From Candidatus Latescibacterota bacterium (lineage in GTDB: Bacteria; Latescibacterota; UBA2968; UBA8231): 64,000 bases of DNA. Below the pieces are notes generated by a model. It was given only the letters and a program-made list of their open reading frames with translations, did not search any database and was not told the origin of the DNA. Made by a program: the position numbers and the translations under genes. Positions 19,418-29,683 of this stretch are shown here, one piece after another (the first letter of the stretch is position 1; each line of letters starts with the position of its first letter). The stretch is taken from NCBI GenBank assembly GCA_036011085.1, contig DASCMS010000088.1, positions 1,855-65,854 of the forward strand. The letters run 5' to 3'.

Positions 19418-20653
19418 TCACGACCCGAAGTCGTCGAAGCGGATCATGTCGTCCTCGACGCCGAGGTCATCGAGCATCTTGCGAACCGCCGACGACATCA
19501 TCGGCGGACCGCACAGATAGTACTCGATATCTTCTGGCGCCGGGTGTTTCGACAGGTATTCGTCGAGTACGACCTGGTGAATGAACCCCCGGTAGCCACT
19601 CCAGTTGTCCTCGGGCAACGGCTCGGACATGGCAACGTTGAACTTGAAGTTCGGGAACTTGCCTTCGATGTCGCGGAACTGGTCCTCGTAGAACAGTTCC
19701 TTGCTGGAACGCGCCCCATACCAGTAGGAGACCTTGCGGCTCGTGCCTTCGGTATGGAACAGGTGGAACAGATGCGAGCGCAGCGGGGCCATACCGGCGC
19801 CACCCCCGATGTAGCACATCTCCCGTTCCGTGTCCTGGATGAAGAACTCTCCGTAGGGTCCGGAGATATTGACCTTGTCGCCGGGTTTGCGGCTGAAGAC
19901 GTAGGAGGACGCCAGCCCCGGGTTGACCTTCATCCAACCGCCGGCGGCGCGATCAAAGGGCGGCGCGGCGATGCGGATGTTGAGCATGACGATGTCACCC
20001 TCGGCCGGATGGTTGCCCATGGAATAGGCGCGTACCACCGTGCCGGTATTCTTCGTCTGCAGGCCCCACATCTTGAAATGGTCCCAGTCGCTGTGGAAGC
20101 GCTCGTCGATGTCGAAGTCCTTGAAATCGCACTCGAAGGGCGGCACTTCGATCTGGATGTAGCCTCCCGACTGGAAATCGAGAGTCTCACCCGCGGGCAG
20201 CTTGACGACGAACTCTTTGATGAAGGTGGCCACGTTGTTGTTGGACACCACCTCGCACTCGAGCTTCTTCACCGAGAAAACGTCGGCGGGCACCTCGATC
20301 TTCAGGTCCTGTTTGACGTTGACCTGGCACGAGAGGCGTGTGCCTTCCAGCTCGTCACGACGGTTGATGTGTTCTTTCTCGGTGGGCAGGATGTCCCCGC
20401 CCCCTTCATAGACCTTGACCTTGCACTGGGCGCAGGTACCGCCGCCGCCGCAGGCGGATGACACGAAAATCCCCTGATCGGCCAGCACGTTGAGCAACTT
20501 GCCGCCGGCCTCGGTCTGGAGCTGACGCTCGCCGTTGACGTCGATGGTGACGTCACCGCTGGCCACGAGCTTGGACCGGGCCGCCAGAATCACGGCGACG
20601 AGGGCGAGGACCATACCCGTAAACAGGCCGACGCCGCCGACGATTTCGATCAT
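19418..20653 (-). CDS. nqrF: Na+-translocating NADH:quinone oxidoreductase subunit F
   Basis: 411 aa. N-terminal TM helix, 2Fe-2S ferredoxin [12 protein letters not shown], and an FAD/NADH-binding domain (RAYSMGNHP). Confidence 0.95.
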   Translation of the reverse strand: MIEIVGGVGLFTGMVLALVAVILAARSKLVASGDVTIDVNGERQLQTEAGGKLLNVLADQGIFVSSACGGGGTCAQCKVKVYEGGGDILPTEKEHINRRDELEGTRLSCQVNVKQDLKIEVPADVFSVKKLECEVVSNNNVATFIKEFVVKLPAGETLDFQSGGYIQIEVPPFECDFKDFDIDERFHSDWDHFKMWGLQTKNTGTVVRAYSMGNHPAEGDIVMLNIRIAAPPFDRAAGGWMKVNPGLASSYVFSRKPGDKVNISGPYGEFFIQDTEREMCYIGGGAGMAPLRSHLFHLFHTEGTSRKVSYWYGARSSKELFYEDQFRDIEGKFPNFKFNVAMSEPLPEDNWSGYRGFIHQVVLDEYLSKHPAPEDIEYYLCGPPMMSSAVRKMLDDLGVEDDMIRFDDFGS

Positions 20654-20669
20654 GTAAGTACCCTAGTCC

Positions 20670-21281
20670 CTACAGCTGGATGCCGGAAAAGGCCATGAAG
20701 GCCATGGCCATGAGGCCGACGGTCATGAAGGTGATGCCCAGGCCGCGCAGGCCGTGAGGGACATCGCTGTATTGCAGTTTCTCCCGCACCCCGGCCAGCG
20801 CCACGATGGCCAGGGCCCAGCCGAGGCCGGAACCGAAGCCGAAGACGACGCTCTCGCCGAAGTCGTAGTCGCGCTCGACCATGAACAGCGAGCCGCCGAG
20901 AATGGCACAGTTCACCGTGATCAGCGGCAGGAAGATGCCCAGAGCGTTGTAGAGTGCAGGCACGTACTTGTCGAGGAACATCTCGAGAATCTGCACGCTG
21001 GCGGCGATGACACCTATGTAGCTGATCAGGCCGATGAAGGTCAGGTCGACACCGCCGAGACCGAGGACGCCCAGGGCCTCCTCCTTCAGCAGGTGACGGT
21101 AGACGAGGTTGTTGAGCGGCACCGTGATCGTCTGCACGACGATGACGGCGACGCCGAGTCCGAAGGCGGTGGACACGCGCTTCGACACGGCCAGGTAGGT
21201 GCACATCCCCAGGAAGAACGCCAGGGCGAGGTTCTCGACGAAGACGGACTTGACGAAGAGACTGAGATAGGCTTCGGCCAT
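20670..21281 (-). CDS. nqrE: Na+-NQR subunit E
   Basis: Tail of ORF 20670..22139 from the ATG at 21281 ([34 protein letters not shown]...). 203 aa. TAATG overlap with nqrD. Confidence 0.95.
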   Translation of the reverse strand: MAEAYLSLFVKSVFVENLALAFFLGMCTYLAVSKRVSTAFGLGVAVIVVQTITVPLNNLVYRHLLKEEALGVLGLGGVDLTFIGLISYIGVIAASVQILEMFLDKYVPALYNALGIFLPLITVNCAILGGSLFMVERDYDFGESVVFGFGSGLGWALAIVALAGVREKLQYSDVPHGLRGLGITFMTVGLMAMAFMAFSGIQL

Positions 21282-21904
21282 TAGTCCTCCTCCTCGATCT
21301 GCTCGGTCTTGAAGGACCGCAGAACCCAGATGAAGCCGCCGATGATGAAGAAAGCGCTCGGCGGCAACAGCATGAGACCGTTCGGCACGTACCAGCCGCC
21401 GACGTTGGCGAGGGGCAGAATCTCGACGCCGAAGAGCTTGCCCGAGCCGAACAGTTCGCGCAGCACGCCGACGACGAGCAGGATGAGGCTGTAGCCGAGG
21501 CCGTTGCCGATGCCATCCAGCAGCGACATGCCCACGCCCTCCTTCATGGCGAAGGCTTCGGCGCGCCCCATGATGATACAGTTGGTGATGATGAGGCCGA
21601 CGAAGACCGACAGCTGCTTGCTGATGCCGAAGGCGTAGGCGCGCAGGAACTGGTCGACGATGATCACCAGCGAGGCGATGATCGTCATCTGCACGATGAT
21701 GCGGATGTTGGTGGGGATGAACTTGCGGATGAGGCTGACGGCACCGTTCGACATCGTACAGACGAAGATGACCGCCAGGCACATGGTGACGGCCGTGTCG
21801 AGCTTGGTCGTCACCGCCAGGGCCGAGCAGATTCCCAGAATCTGCAGGGCGATGGGGTTCTCGTCGAAGATCGGACCGAGCAGTGTGTCGCGTGCTTTGC
21901 CCAT
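21281..21904 (-). CDS. nqrD: Na+-NQR subunit D
   Basis: 207 aa ([27 protein letters not shown]...), typical NqrD/RnfE-like sequence. Confidence 0.95.
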   Translation of the reverse strand: MGKARDTLLGPIFDENPIALQILGICSALAVTTKLDTAVTMCLAVIFVCTMSNGAVSLIRKFIPTNIRIIVQMTIIASLVIIVDQFLRAYAFGISKQLSVFVGLIITNCIIMGRAEAFAMKEGVGMSLLDGIGNGLGYSLILLVVGVLRELFGSGKLFGVEILPLANVGGWYVPNGLMLLPPSAFFIIGGFIWVLRSFKTEQIEEED

Positions 21905-21913
21905 GTTGATGTC

Positions 21914-22696
21914 CTATGCCTCTCCTTGCGTCTGCGCCCGCAGGCGATCGAGGTAGTTTTTGTAGCCGCCCTCGCTCAACCAGTATTGCAGCATGTTGTG
22001 CACCCCGCGGGCGGTGATCGTCGCGCCGGACAGGCCGTCGACGCGGTGTTCGGATCCGGGCGCCGAGGCGTCGACGGCGCCCCGCACCACCTGGATCCGC
22101 ACGCTGCCATCGCTGCCGTAGGCCTGCTTGCCGTTCCACAGACCCTTCCAGGACGGGTTGTCGACCTCGCCGCCGAGGCCGGGGGTCTCGCCGTGCTCAT
22201 AGAAAAGCAGCGACCGGATGGTGCTCAGGTCGTCCCGATCCAGGGCGACGAAGCCATAGAGTGTCGACCACAGACCCTTGCCGTAGATGGGCAGGATGAC
22301 CTTGTCCACCTGTCCCTTCTTCTGCACCAGATACACCGGAACGCTCCGGGCCCGCCGCTTGATGCCGGCGCGATCCTGATCCTCGGCAATGGCGACTCCC
22401 AGCGTCGGATCGGTCGCCGCGTCGATGAAGTCGTACGTCTCGGCGTCGAGGTCGTCCACGTACTCACCGGTTTCGAGGTCGACGATCCGCGTCTGGATAT
22501 TCTCGAACAACTCGTCTACCGTGCCCGTTTCTCCTGCCAGGCCGGCGGCCATCAGGATGTTCTGCTTCTTGTCGAGCAGCTTGTTGGCTTCCTGCGTGGG
22601 CCTGAGAGTGACGGCTGCGCCCGACACCAGCACGGAGCACACGACACACAGCAGCAGGGCCACGCCGAAGGTCTGGCCGACTGAGTTCTTTGCCAC
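21914..22696 (-). CDS. nqrC: Na+-NQR subunit C
   Basis: 260 aa. N-terminal TM helix and FMN attachment motif [13 protein letters not shown]. Confidence 0.9.
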   Translation of the reverse strand: MAKNSVGQTFGVALLLCVVCSVLVSGAAVTLRPTQEANKLLDKKQNILMAAGLAGETGTVDELFENIQTRIVDLETGEYVDDLDAETYDFIDAATDPTLGVAIAEDQDRAGIKRRARSVPVYLVQKKGQVDKVILPIYGKGLWSTLYGFVALDRDDLSTIRSLLFYEHGETPGLGGEVDNPSWKGLWNGKQAYGSDGSVRIQVVRGAVDASAPGSEHRVDGLSGATITARGVHNMLQYWLSEGGYKNYLDRLRAQTQGEA

Positions 22697-22711
22697 CTGC
22701 TGAATCCTTCC

Positions 22712-23917
22712 TTACACCGCTGTGCGGAGCGCCCGGCGGCGGATGTTGGCCTGTACGAAGAGGTAGTCCAGGACCGGTGCAAAAACATTGCCGAAGAGGA
22801 TGGCCAGCATCACGCCTTCGGGGAAGGCGGGGTTGACGACCCGGATGAGGATCGTCATCACACCGATAAGGGTACCGTAGAGCCACCTGCCACCATTGGT
22901 GAAGGCGGCTGACACCGGGTCGGTAGCCATGAATACGCAGCCGAAAGCGAAGCCCCCGAGCACCAGATGCCATACCGGATCCATGGCGAACATGCTGTTG
23001 GTGCTGCTGTCCACCTGATGCAGCAGCCAGCCGAGGACGAAGGTGCTGGCCGTCATGCTGAGCATGATGCGCCAGGAACCGATACCGGTGGCGATGAGAA
23101 CGGCTGCGCCGAAAAGGCAGGCCAGCGTCGACGTTTCGCCCATCGACCCGGGAATCGTGCCGATGAAAGCGTCCATCTTGCTCATGGATGACTCGAGAGC
23201 GGCCATGCCGTCCGCCGGTACCTGGCCCAGCGGCGTGGCGCGCGAAAACCCGTCCGTGGCGACCCACACCTTGTCGCCGCTGATCTGCGCCGGATAGGCG
23301 AAGTAGAGAAAGGCGCGAGCCGTAAGGGCCGGGTTGAGGAAGTTTTTCCCCGTGCCGCCGAAGATCTCCTTGCCGATGACGACGCCGAAGCTGATGCCGA
23401 CGGCGACCTGCCACAGCGGGATGTTCGGGGGCAGAATGAGCGGGAACAGCATCCCCGTCACCAGGAACCCCTCGTTGACCTCGTGCCGCCGGACCATCGA
23501 GAACAGGGACTCCCAGAAACCACCGACCATGTTGCAGACAAGGAACACGGGCAGGAAGTACATGGCGCCGTGGACCATGTTGGCCAGCGCGCTCGTGGGA
23601 TCGACGCCTACACCCAGGATATCGAGAAGGGCGCCGCGAATGCCCCCAGCCGACTCGAGACCGAGCTCCGCCAGCGCCATGTTCGCCTGATACCCGGTGT
23701 TCCACAGAGCCATCAGGATGCAGGGCGAGAGCGCCAGGATGACCATGATCATCATGCGTTTCAGGTCGAGGCTGTCGCGTACGTGAGCGGCGTTCCTGGT
23801 GACATCTGCCGGCGTGAAGAGGAACGTGTCGACAAGCTCGTACACCGGGTAAAGCCGCTCGAGCTTGCCCCCGCGTTCGAAGTGGGGTGCGACCGAATCG
23901 AGAAGGTCTCGCAGCAT
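22712..23917 (-). CDS. nqrB: Na+-NQR subunit B
   Basis: 401 aa, multi-TM. The N-terminus [36 protein letters not shown] is typical of NqrB. Confidence 0.95.
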   Translation of the reverse strand: MLRDLLDSVAPHFERGGKLERLYPVYELVDTFLFTPADVTRNAAHVRDSLDLKRMMIMVILALSPCILMALWNTGYQANMALAELGLESAGGIRGALLDILGVGVDPTSALANMVHGAMYFLPVFLVCNMVGGFWESLFSMVRRHEVNEGFLVTGMLFPLILPPNIPLWQVAVGISFGVVIGKEIFGGTGKNFLNPALTARAFLYFAYPAQISGDKVWVATDGFSRATPLGQVPADGMAALESSMSKMDAFIGTIPGSMGETSTLACLFGAAVLIATGIGSWRIMLSMTASTFVLGWLLHQVDSSTNSMFAMDPVWHLVLGGFAFGCVFMATDPVSAAFTNGGRWLYGTLIGVMTILIRVVNPAFPEGVMLAILFGNVFAPVLDYLFVQANIRRRALRTAV

Positions 23918-25294
23918 CTAGAATTCCTTCTCGATGGTTTCGAGGTTACGACGCAGCAGCGGCCCGTATTCGGTCTTGCCGGGACAGACGAACGTGCACA
24001 GTCCCAGATCCTCTTCATCGAGCTCGAGGGCACCCAGTTCGAGGCTGCGTTCGGCGTCACCCATGATCAGCGCCCGCAGCAGGAACGTGGGCAGCACGTC
24101 GAGGGGCATGACGGTCTCGAAGGATCCGACGGGGACCATGGCCCGGGGGCTGCCGTTGGTATTGGTATGAAAGTCAAAGCGCTTGCCTGGCAGCAGAGCC
24201 GAGGTGAAGACACGTTTTACCGAGAACTTGTCGCCGCCCGGGGCCTGCCAGCCGAGAAACTCCCGCTGCCGACCTTCGGCGACGACGGATACCTGCAGAT
24301 GCCAGTGCCCGAGGAAGCCGAGGTGTTCGCTGGTAGCCCGCCCGGACAGCAACGAACCGGAGACGACACGCGCCTCACCGGGGGACAGTTCGCCGTCGAC
24401 GAGGCTGGCCAGGTCGGCGCCTGCCCGGGTGCGCAGCAGACGGGGCCGTGAGACGAGAGGACCGCCCAGAGCGATCACCCGCTCCGGGTTCACCTTGCCG
24501 GTGAGGAACAGGTCGCCCATGGCGGCCACGTCCTGATAATTGATCCAGAAAACCTTCTTCTGCAGGCCGGCACCGTCGAGAAAATGGATGTGCGTACCAG
24601 CCAGTCCCGCGGGGTGTGGGCCGCCGAATTCGGCAACGGAGACGTTGTTCTCATTGACCGGCCCGGGGATGGCCGCACCTGGCGCCTTGCAGACGAAGAC
24701 GGTGCCGTCCGTCAGCCGTGTCAGGGCCTCGACGCCGGTCTGGAAGGCCTCCTCGCGGCCGGCCAGCACGATGGCGGGATCAGCGGCAAGAGGATTGGTG
24801 TCTATCGCTGTTACGAAGATCGAGTGCGGCTCGTGTTCGGGCAGGGGCACCTTGCTGAAGGGCCGCTGGCGCAGTCCCGTCCACAGGCCGGACTGGACGA
24901 GAGCGTCGCGAACATCAGCGCGGGACAGGTCCGCCGGGCGTTTGCCACCCACGTCGAAGGTCTCTTCGCCAGCGCCGTCGTCCAACTCGATCTCGACCGA
25001 CAGCAGTCGACGCTTCTCACCTCGGTGCACGCCGACGATCTTGCCGGCTCCGGGAGATGTGAAGCGCACACCGGGGCGACGCTTGTCCTCGAACAGCAGC
25101 TGACCGAGGCGAACGGTATCGCCTTCCTGGACTGCCATGGTGGGCCGCAGATCGTGGAAGTCGGGTCCCACGAGAGCGACACGACTCACGGGCCGCGCGT
25201 CCTCGATGACCTGTTGGCAATCGCCGGTAATCGGCAGGTCCAGGCCCTGCTTGATCGTGAAAGACCGCCTCTCACCCATCCTGGGGATTCTCAC
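23918..25294 (-). CDS. nqrA: Na+-NQR subunit A
   Basis: ORF from the GTG at 25294. The ATG at 25279 ([19 protein letters not shown]) fits typical NqrA N-termini better. The start is uncertain by 15 nt. Confidence 0.9.
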   Translation of the reverse strand: MRIPRMGERRSFTIKQGLDLPITGDCQQVIEDARPVSRVALVGPDFHDLRPTMAVQEGDTVRLGQLLFEDKRRPGVRFTSPGAGKIVGVHRGEKRRLLSVEIELDDGAGEETFDVGGKRPADLSRADVRDALVQSGLWTGLRQRPFSKVPLPEHEPHSIFVTAIDTNPLAADPAIVLAGREEAFQTGVEALTRLTDGTVFVCKAPGAAIPGPVNENNVSVAEFGGPHPAGLAGTHIHFLDGAGLQKKVFWINYQDVAAMGDLFLTGKVNPERVIALGGPLVSRPRLLRTRAGADLASLVDGELSPGEARVVSGSLLSGRATSEHLGFLGHWHLQVSVVAEGRQREFLGWQAPGGDKFSVKRVFTSALLPGKRFDFHTNTNGSPRAMVPVGSFETVMPLDVLPTFLLRALIMGDAERSLELGALELDEEDLGLCTFVCPGKTEYGPLLRRNLETIEKEF

Positions 25295-25618
25295 TCATGG
25301 TTCGGGTGGGGTAACGAACGGCGCGATGAGTCGGTGTTCCGGGTATACGTACACGGACACGGGACGCATGCACAGCGCTTATGGATCGAAGTTGTGGAAC
25401 CCGGGCGAAGGTGCCCACTGCGTCGGCTGACAAGATTACAGGCCGGAGTTGTTATGGCGCCCGGAGGCAACCGGAATGGGCGCCGGACAGACCAGCGCGG
25501 GGACGACGGAATGCCCGTCGCTGCAACGGCGGGCAGGTGTGACAACCCGCTGAAGCCACGTTAGGTTACGGCCCTCTGTTAGGACTGTCAAGAAACCTGG
25601 AAAGCACGGAATTACAAT

Positions 25619-27451
25619 ATGGTCAGACGGTACACGTCGATGTGCGGTGTTTTTCTGACGGCGGCCCTGCCGGTGCTGCTCGGCCCGGCCAGGTCAGGGG
25701 CTGCCGACACCCCCCTGCGGCTGCCCGAAGTCGTGATCAGCGCCTCACGGCTCTCGAGTGAGGTGGCCTCACCGACACGCGATATGGTCGTGATCTGGGC
25801 GCAGGAAATCGCCGAACGGGCTCCGGCATCGATCACCGAGCTGCTCGGTTCGTTGCCCGGCGTCGACATCCGCACGCGGGGTCCCTGGGGTGTGCAGTCG
25901 GACCTGGAGGTCGATGGCTCTACCTTCAGCCAGGTTCTGATCCTGATCGACGGTGTCCGCGCCAACGATCCGCAGACCGGCCATCACACGTTGAACCTGG
26001 CCCTCGATCCAGCGGACCTGGAGCGTGTTGAGGTGATCTACGGCGCCGGCTCGGCGGTCCACGGCCCGGACGCCTTCGGCGGTGTGATCAACCTCGTGCC
26101 CAAAGCGACGGTGACCCCGCGTGTGGACGTGGCCGCCCGCTGGGGCGCCACCCTTGACGACGAGGACACGGCCGACGCCAGTGGTGTCGCCAGTGACGCG
26201 GCCCTCCGCTGGGGCTGGCAGGGAGACTGGGGCTCGGCCTGGCTGTCCGGCAGCAAGCGCCGCTCGGACGGCTATCGACGGGGGACCGACTTTGACGAGA
26301 ATCGCGTGTTCGGCCATGCCCGGCTCCCCCTGGCCGGCGGCCAGCTGTCGGTAGAAACGGGTATCCAGGACAAGGTCTTCGGCGCCCGCGACTTCTATGC
26401 GCCCTTTCCTTCGCGGGAGTGGACCACGGCACAGTCCGCTGCGGCCACCTGGCGTCGCGGCAGCCTCACGGTGCGCGGCTTTGGCCGCCGACACCGCGAC
26501 CGTTTCGTCCTGATCGCCGCCGACCCTGCCGTCTACGACAACCGACACCGCTCGCTGCTGGCCGGAGCCGAGGGGGCTGTCCGCACGGCCGTCGGTGGCG
26601 GTGACCTGGCCATCGGCGGTGAACTCGTTCACGAGGGGATCGACAGCAACAACCTCGGTGAACGCAGCCGGTTGCGAGGCAGCCTGTTCGGCGAGTTCGG
26701 CCGATCCCTGGGGGATCACTGGCGTCTGCTGACGGGCTTGCGCGCCGACCACCACGAGAACTTCGGCTGGGAGGCATCGCCTTCGGTCAGTGCCTCGCGC
26801 ACGCTCGGCCCAGGCAGGATCTTTGCGTCGGCGGCACGCTCCTACCGGGCGCCGTCCTTCACCGAATCCTTCTACACCGATCCGAACAACGTGGGCGACC
26901 CCGATCTGGGCGCCGAGCGCGCCTGGCAGTTCGAGACCGGCGGCAGCCTTCCCGTCGCCGGGGGGCGGCTCGAGGGCGCCGTGTTCCTGCGCCGCGAGAG
27001 CGACCTCATCGACTACATTCGCGCCACCGACACCCCCCCGTGGCAGGCGCAGAACCTGGGCGAGATGGAAACCGTCGGCCTGCGGCTGCGGGCCAGCCGC
27101 AGATGGCGTCGAGCCAGCGCCGAAGCCGGATTCACGCTCGTGGACAAGGAGCAGACCCTCGGCGCCGGACTGGAATCCAAGTATGTCTTCACCCACCCCA
27201 CGAAGCAGCTGACCGCCCGACTGCGCCATGATCTTCTCCTGGGTGCCACCGCCGACTGGCAGATCATCGGCCGCAGCCGCCTGGCTCCCCTGGAGGACTA
27301 CCGCGTCCTCGATCTCAACCTCAGCCTGCCCGTGACGTACGGCAGCGTCCTGCTGAGGGCCCGCAATCTGACCGACGAGAGCTACGAGGCGGTCCGAGGC
27401 GTGCCCATGCCGGGCCGCTGGTTCGGGCTGGAGACGCGGATCGACCTCTGA
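25619..27451 (+). CDS. TonB-dependent outer-membrane receptor (small, about 610 aa, BtuB-sized)
   Basis: Signal peptide. Plug motifs VVISASRL, ITELLGSLPGVDI, IDGVRANDP, VEVIYGAGSAVHGPDAFGGVINLV. C-terminal barrel strand GRWFGLETRIDL. Confidence 0.85.
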   Translation: MVRRYTSMCGVFLTAALPVLLGPARSGAADTPLRLPEVVISASRLSSEVASPTRDMVVIWAQEIAERAPASITELLGSLPGVDIRTRGPWGVQSDLEVDGSTFSQVLILIDGVRANDPQTGHHTLNLALDPADLERVEVIYGAGSAVHGPDAFGGVINLVPKATVTPRVDVAARWGATLDDEDTADASGVASDAALRWGWQGDWGSAWLSGSKRRSDGYRRGTDFDENRVFGHARLPLAGGQLSVETGIQDKVFGARDFYAPFPSREWTTAQSAAATWRRGSLTVRGFGRRHRDRFVLIAADPAVYDNRHRSLLAGAEGAVRTAVGGGDLAIGGELVHEGIDSNNLGERSRLRGSLFGEFGRSLGDHWRLLTGLRADHHENFGWEASPSVSASRTLGPGRIFASAARSYRAPSFTESFYTDPNNVGDPDLGAERAWQFETGGSLPVAGGRLEGAVFLRRESDLIDYIRATDTPPWQAQNLGEMETVGLRLRASRRWRRASAEAGFTLVDKEQTLGAGLESKYVFTHPTKQLTARLRHDLLLGATADWQIIGRSRLAPLEDYRVLDLNLSLPVTYGSVLLRARNLTDESYEAVRGVPMPGRWFGLETRIDL

Positions 27452-27453
27452 AC

Positions 27454-28077
27454 CTGCTGACGCGTACGACACTGGCGACAGGCACGCAGGCCCTCCGCCG
27501 GCAGGACCCGGTTCTCGGAGAGTGGATCGGTCGCATCGGACCCGTGTCGCTGCGCCGCCACCGGCACCGCTTCGGGGCGCTGTGTCGCGCCATCTGCGCC
27601 CAGCAGGTGGCCAAGAAAGCGGCGGCCACCGTCTACGCTCGCTTCCTCGTCCATTTCGCGCCGTCCCGGGAACCGGATCCGGAGCGTCTCCTCGCCCTCG
27701 CGGCGCAGACATTGCGCCAATGCGGCCTCTCGGGCAGGAAGGCGACCTATCTGCACGCCCTCGCCGAGGAATTCCAACACGGGCAGCTCGGACGCCTGAG
27801 ATTCTCTCGCCTGAGTGATCAACAGATCATCGATGCCGTCGTCAGAGTACCCGGCCTCGGCATCTGGTCGGCGGAGATGTTCCTCATCTTCTCGGTGGGT
27901 AGAGCCGATGTCTTCAGCGTCGGCGATCTGGCGCTGCGCAACGGCGTGCAACGGCTGCTGGGCCGGGAGATGGAGCACCGGGAGATAGAGGAGATCTCCA
28001 GGCGCTGGTCTCCCTACCGGAGTGTCGCCAGTCTCTATCTGTGGCAGATCGCCCATTGGCCGGACCCACAGAGGTAG
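27454..28077 (+). CDS. HhH-GPD family DNA glycosylase (AlkA / 3-methyladenine glycosylase II-like); 5' end uncertain
   Basis: The track ORF starts at the GTG at 27544, but homology-like sequence (ALRRQDPVLGEWIGRIGP) continues upstream in frame with no ATG/GTG/TTG. HhH motif VPGLGIWSAEMFLIF, plus the GDLALRNG Asp motif. Confidence 0.7.
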   Translation: MLTRTTLATGTQALRRQDPVLGEWIGRIGPVSLRRHRHRFGALCRAICAQQVAKKAAATVYARFLVHFAPSREPDPERLLALAAQTLRQCGLSGRKATYLHALAEEFQHGQLGRLRFSRLSDQQIIDAVVRVPGLGIWSAEMFLIFSVGRADVFSVGDLALRNGVQRLLGREMEHREIEEISRRWSPYRSVASLYLWQIAHWPDPQR

Positions 28078-28165
28078 CCCTGGAGATCCGGTCGGTCGAC
28101 CGGCGACCGCGCTTCTTCATATACTTGGCCGACCCCGATCATCCCACAGCAAAAGAGGCTTGCCC

Positions 28166-29677
28166 ATGGGTATTGCTGCGCGCGCCCTGATTCTGGTGGC
28201 GGCATTCACGTCTCCGGTTTTCGCCCAGGACAACGGCTGGATTCAGGACCACCTGGCTTACCTCGATGGCCTCTTCGGGGCAACCGTCGAGGTCCTCGCC
28301 TTCGTACTGTTCGCCGATTTCGGCACGGGTTTCCCTCTGATCGTTGCGATCCTCGTCGCCGGCGGTCTCTACTACACGTTCTATTTCAGATGGATGTCGG
28401 TACGCGCCTTCAAGCACGCCATCGACGTCGTCCGCGGCCGCTTCGACAACCCGGAAGACCCGGGCGAGATCTCCCACTTCCAGGCCCTGTCCAGCGCCCT
28501 GTCGGCCACCATCGGCCTGGGCAATATCGCCGGCGTCGCCATCGCCGTCGGCCTCGGAGGACCGGGGGCCGTGTTCTGGATGGTCCTCACCGCCGTCTTC
28601 GGCATGTCCTCGAAACTCGCCTCCTGCACGCTGGCGGTCATGTACCGCAGGACCACGCCCGACGGGCACGTATATGGTGGCCCCATGTACTACATGCAGG
28701 AGGGCTTGGCGAAGAAGGGTATGGGCGCCCTCGGCCGGACGCTGGCCGTGGTCTACGCCTTCCTCACGATCGGGGGATCGCTGGGTGGCGGCAACATGTT
28801 CCAATCGAACCAGACCCTGGAAATCCTGGGCACCGTGTCGCCATGGTTTACGGACTACAACTGGTTCATGGGATTGCTCATGGCCGTCCTCGTGGGGCTC
28901 GTCATCATCGGCGGCATCCGCCGCATCGGCCAGGTCGCGTCGCGCATCGTACCGACCATGTGCGGCCTCTATGTGCTGGCCTCGCTGTTCATCATCCTCA
29001 GCCACATCGCCGAGGTGCCGACCATGGTCATGCGCATCGTCAGCATGGCATTTACGGGACCCGCCATGTACGGCGGCTTTGCCGGCGTTCTCATCATGGG
29101 AATCCGCCGGGCCGCCTTCTCCAACGAGGCCGGCCTCGGTTCGGCGGCCTTTGCCCACGCCGCGGCCAAGACGGACGAACCTGCCCGCGAGGGTATTGTC
29201 GCCATGATCGGCCCCTTCATCGACACCATCGTCATCTGCACGCTGACGGGTCTCGTGTGCATGATCACGGGCGCCTATCTGCGACCCGAATTCCAGTCGG
29301 GGGACTTCATCGTCGGCACCCGCATGACGGCGGCGGCTTTCGACTCCGTCATCCCCGGGGCCAGCTACGTGCTTGCCGTGGCAGTCTTCCTCTTCGCCTT
29401 CTCGACGATGATCTCCTGGTCCTACTATGGCGAGCGCGCCTGGGAGTATCTCTTCGGAGCACGCTCGATCCTGCTCTATCGCCTGATCTTCGTGTTCTTC
29501 GTGTTCCTGGGATCGGTGACGGCCCTGACCAACGTCCTCGATTTCTCCGACATGATGATCCTCGGCATGGCCTTCCCCAACATCGTCGCTGGGGTTCTAC
29601 TCAGTCCGCAGATTCGGGCGACACTGTTCGACTACTGGGAGCGGCTGCAGAGCGGCCAGATGAAGCGCCACAAGTAG
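28166..29677 (+). CDS. Alanine/glycine:cation (Na+) symporter, AGCS family
   Basis: ORF trimmed to the ATG at 28166 with AAGAGG upstream. Motifs ISHFQALSSALSATIGLGNIAGVAIAV and RRAAFSNEAGLGSAAFAHAAAKT are typical of AGCS transporters. Confidence 0.9.
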   Translation: MGIAARALILVAAFTSPVFAQDNGWIQDHLAYLDGLFGATVEVLAFVLFADFGTGFPLIVAILVAGGLYYTFYFRWMSVRAFKHAIDVVRGRFDNPEDPGEISHFQALSSALSATIGLGNIAGVAIAVGLGGPGAVFWMVLTAVFGMSSKLASCTLAVMYRRTTPDGHVYGGPMYYMQEGLAKKGMGALGRTLAVVYAFLTIGGSLGGGNMFQSNQTLEILGTVSPWFTDYNWFMGLLMAVLVGLVIIGGIRRIGQVASRIVPTMCGLYVLASLFIILSHIAEVPTMVMRIVSMAFTGPAMYGGFAGVLIMGIRRAAFSNEAGLGSAAFAHAAAKTDEPAREGIVAMIGPFIDTIVICTLTGLVCMITGAYLRPEFQSGDFIVGTRMTAAAFDSVIPGASYVLAVAVFLFAFSTMISWSYYGERAWEYLFGARSILLYRLIFVFFVFLGSVTALTNVLDFSDMMILGMAFPNIVAGVLLSPQIRATLFDYWERLQSGQMKRHK

Positions 29678-29683
29678 CGGCGA

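Noticed and set aside
19163-20461. 432-aa plus-strand ORF
   Set aside because: It is antisense to nqrF and nqrM and shows no recognisable domain.
25769-27712. 647-aa minus-strand ORF
   Set aside because: It is antisense to the TonB-dependent receptor, which has clear plug and barrel motifs. Its composition is typical of antisense GC-rich frames.
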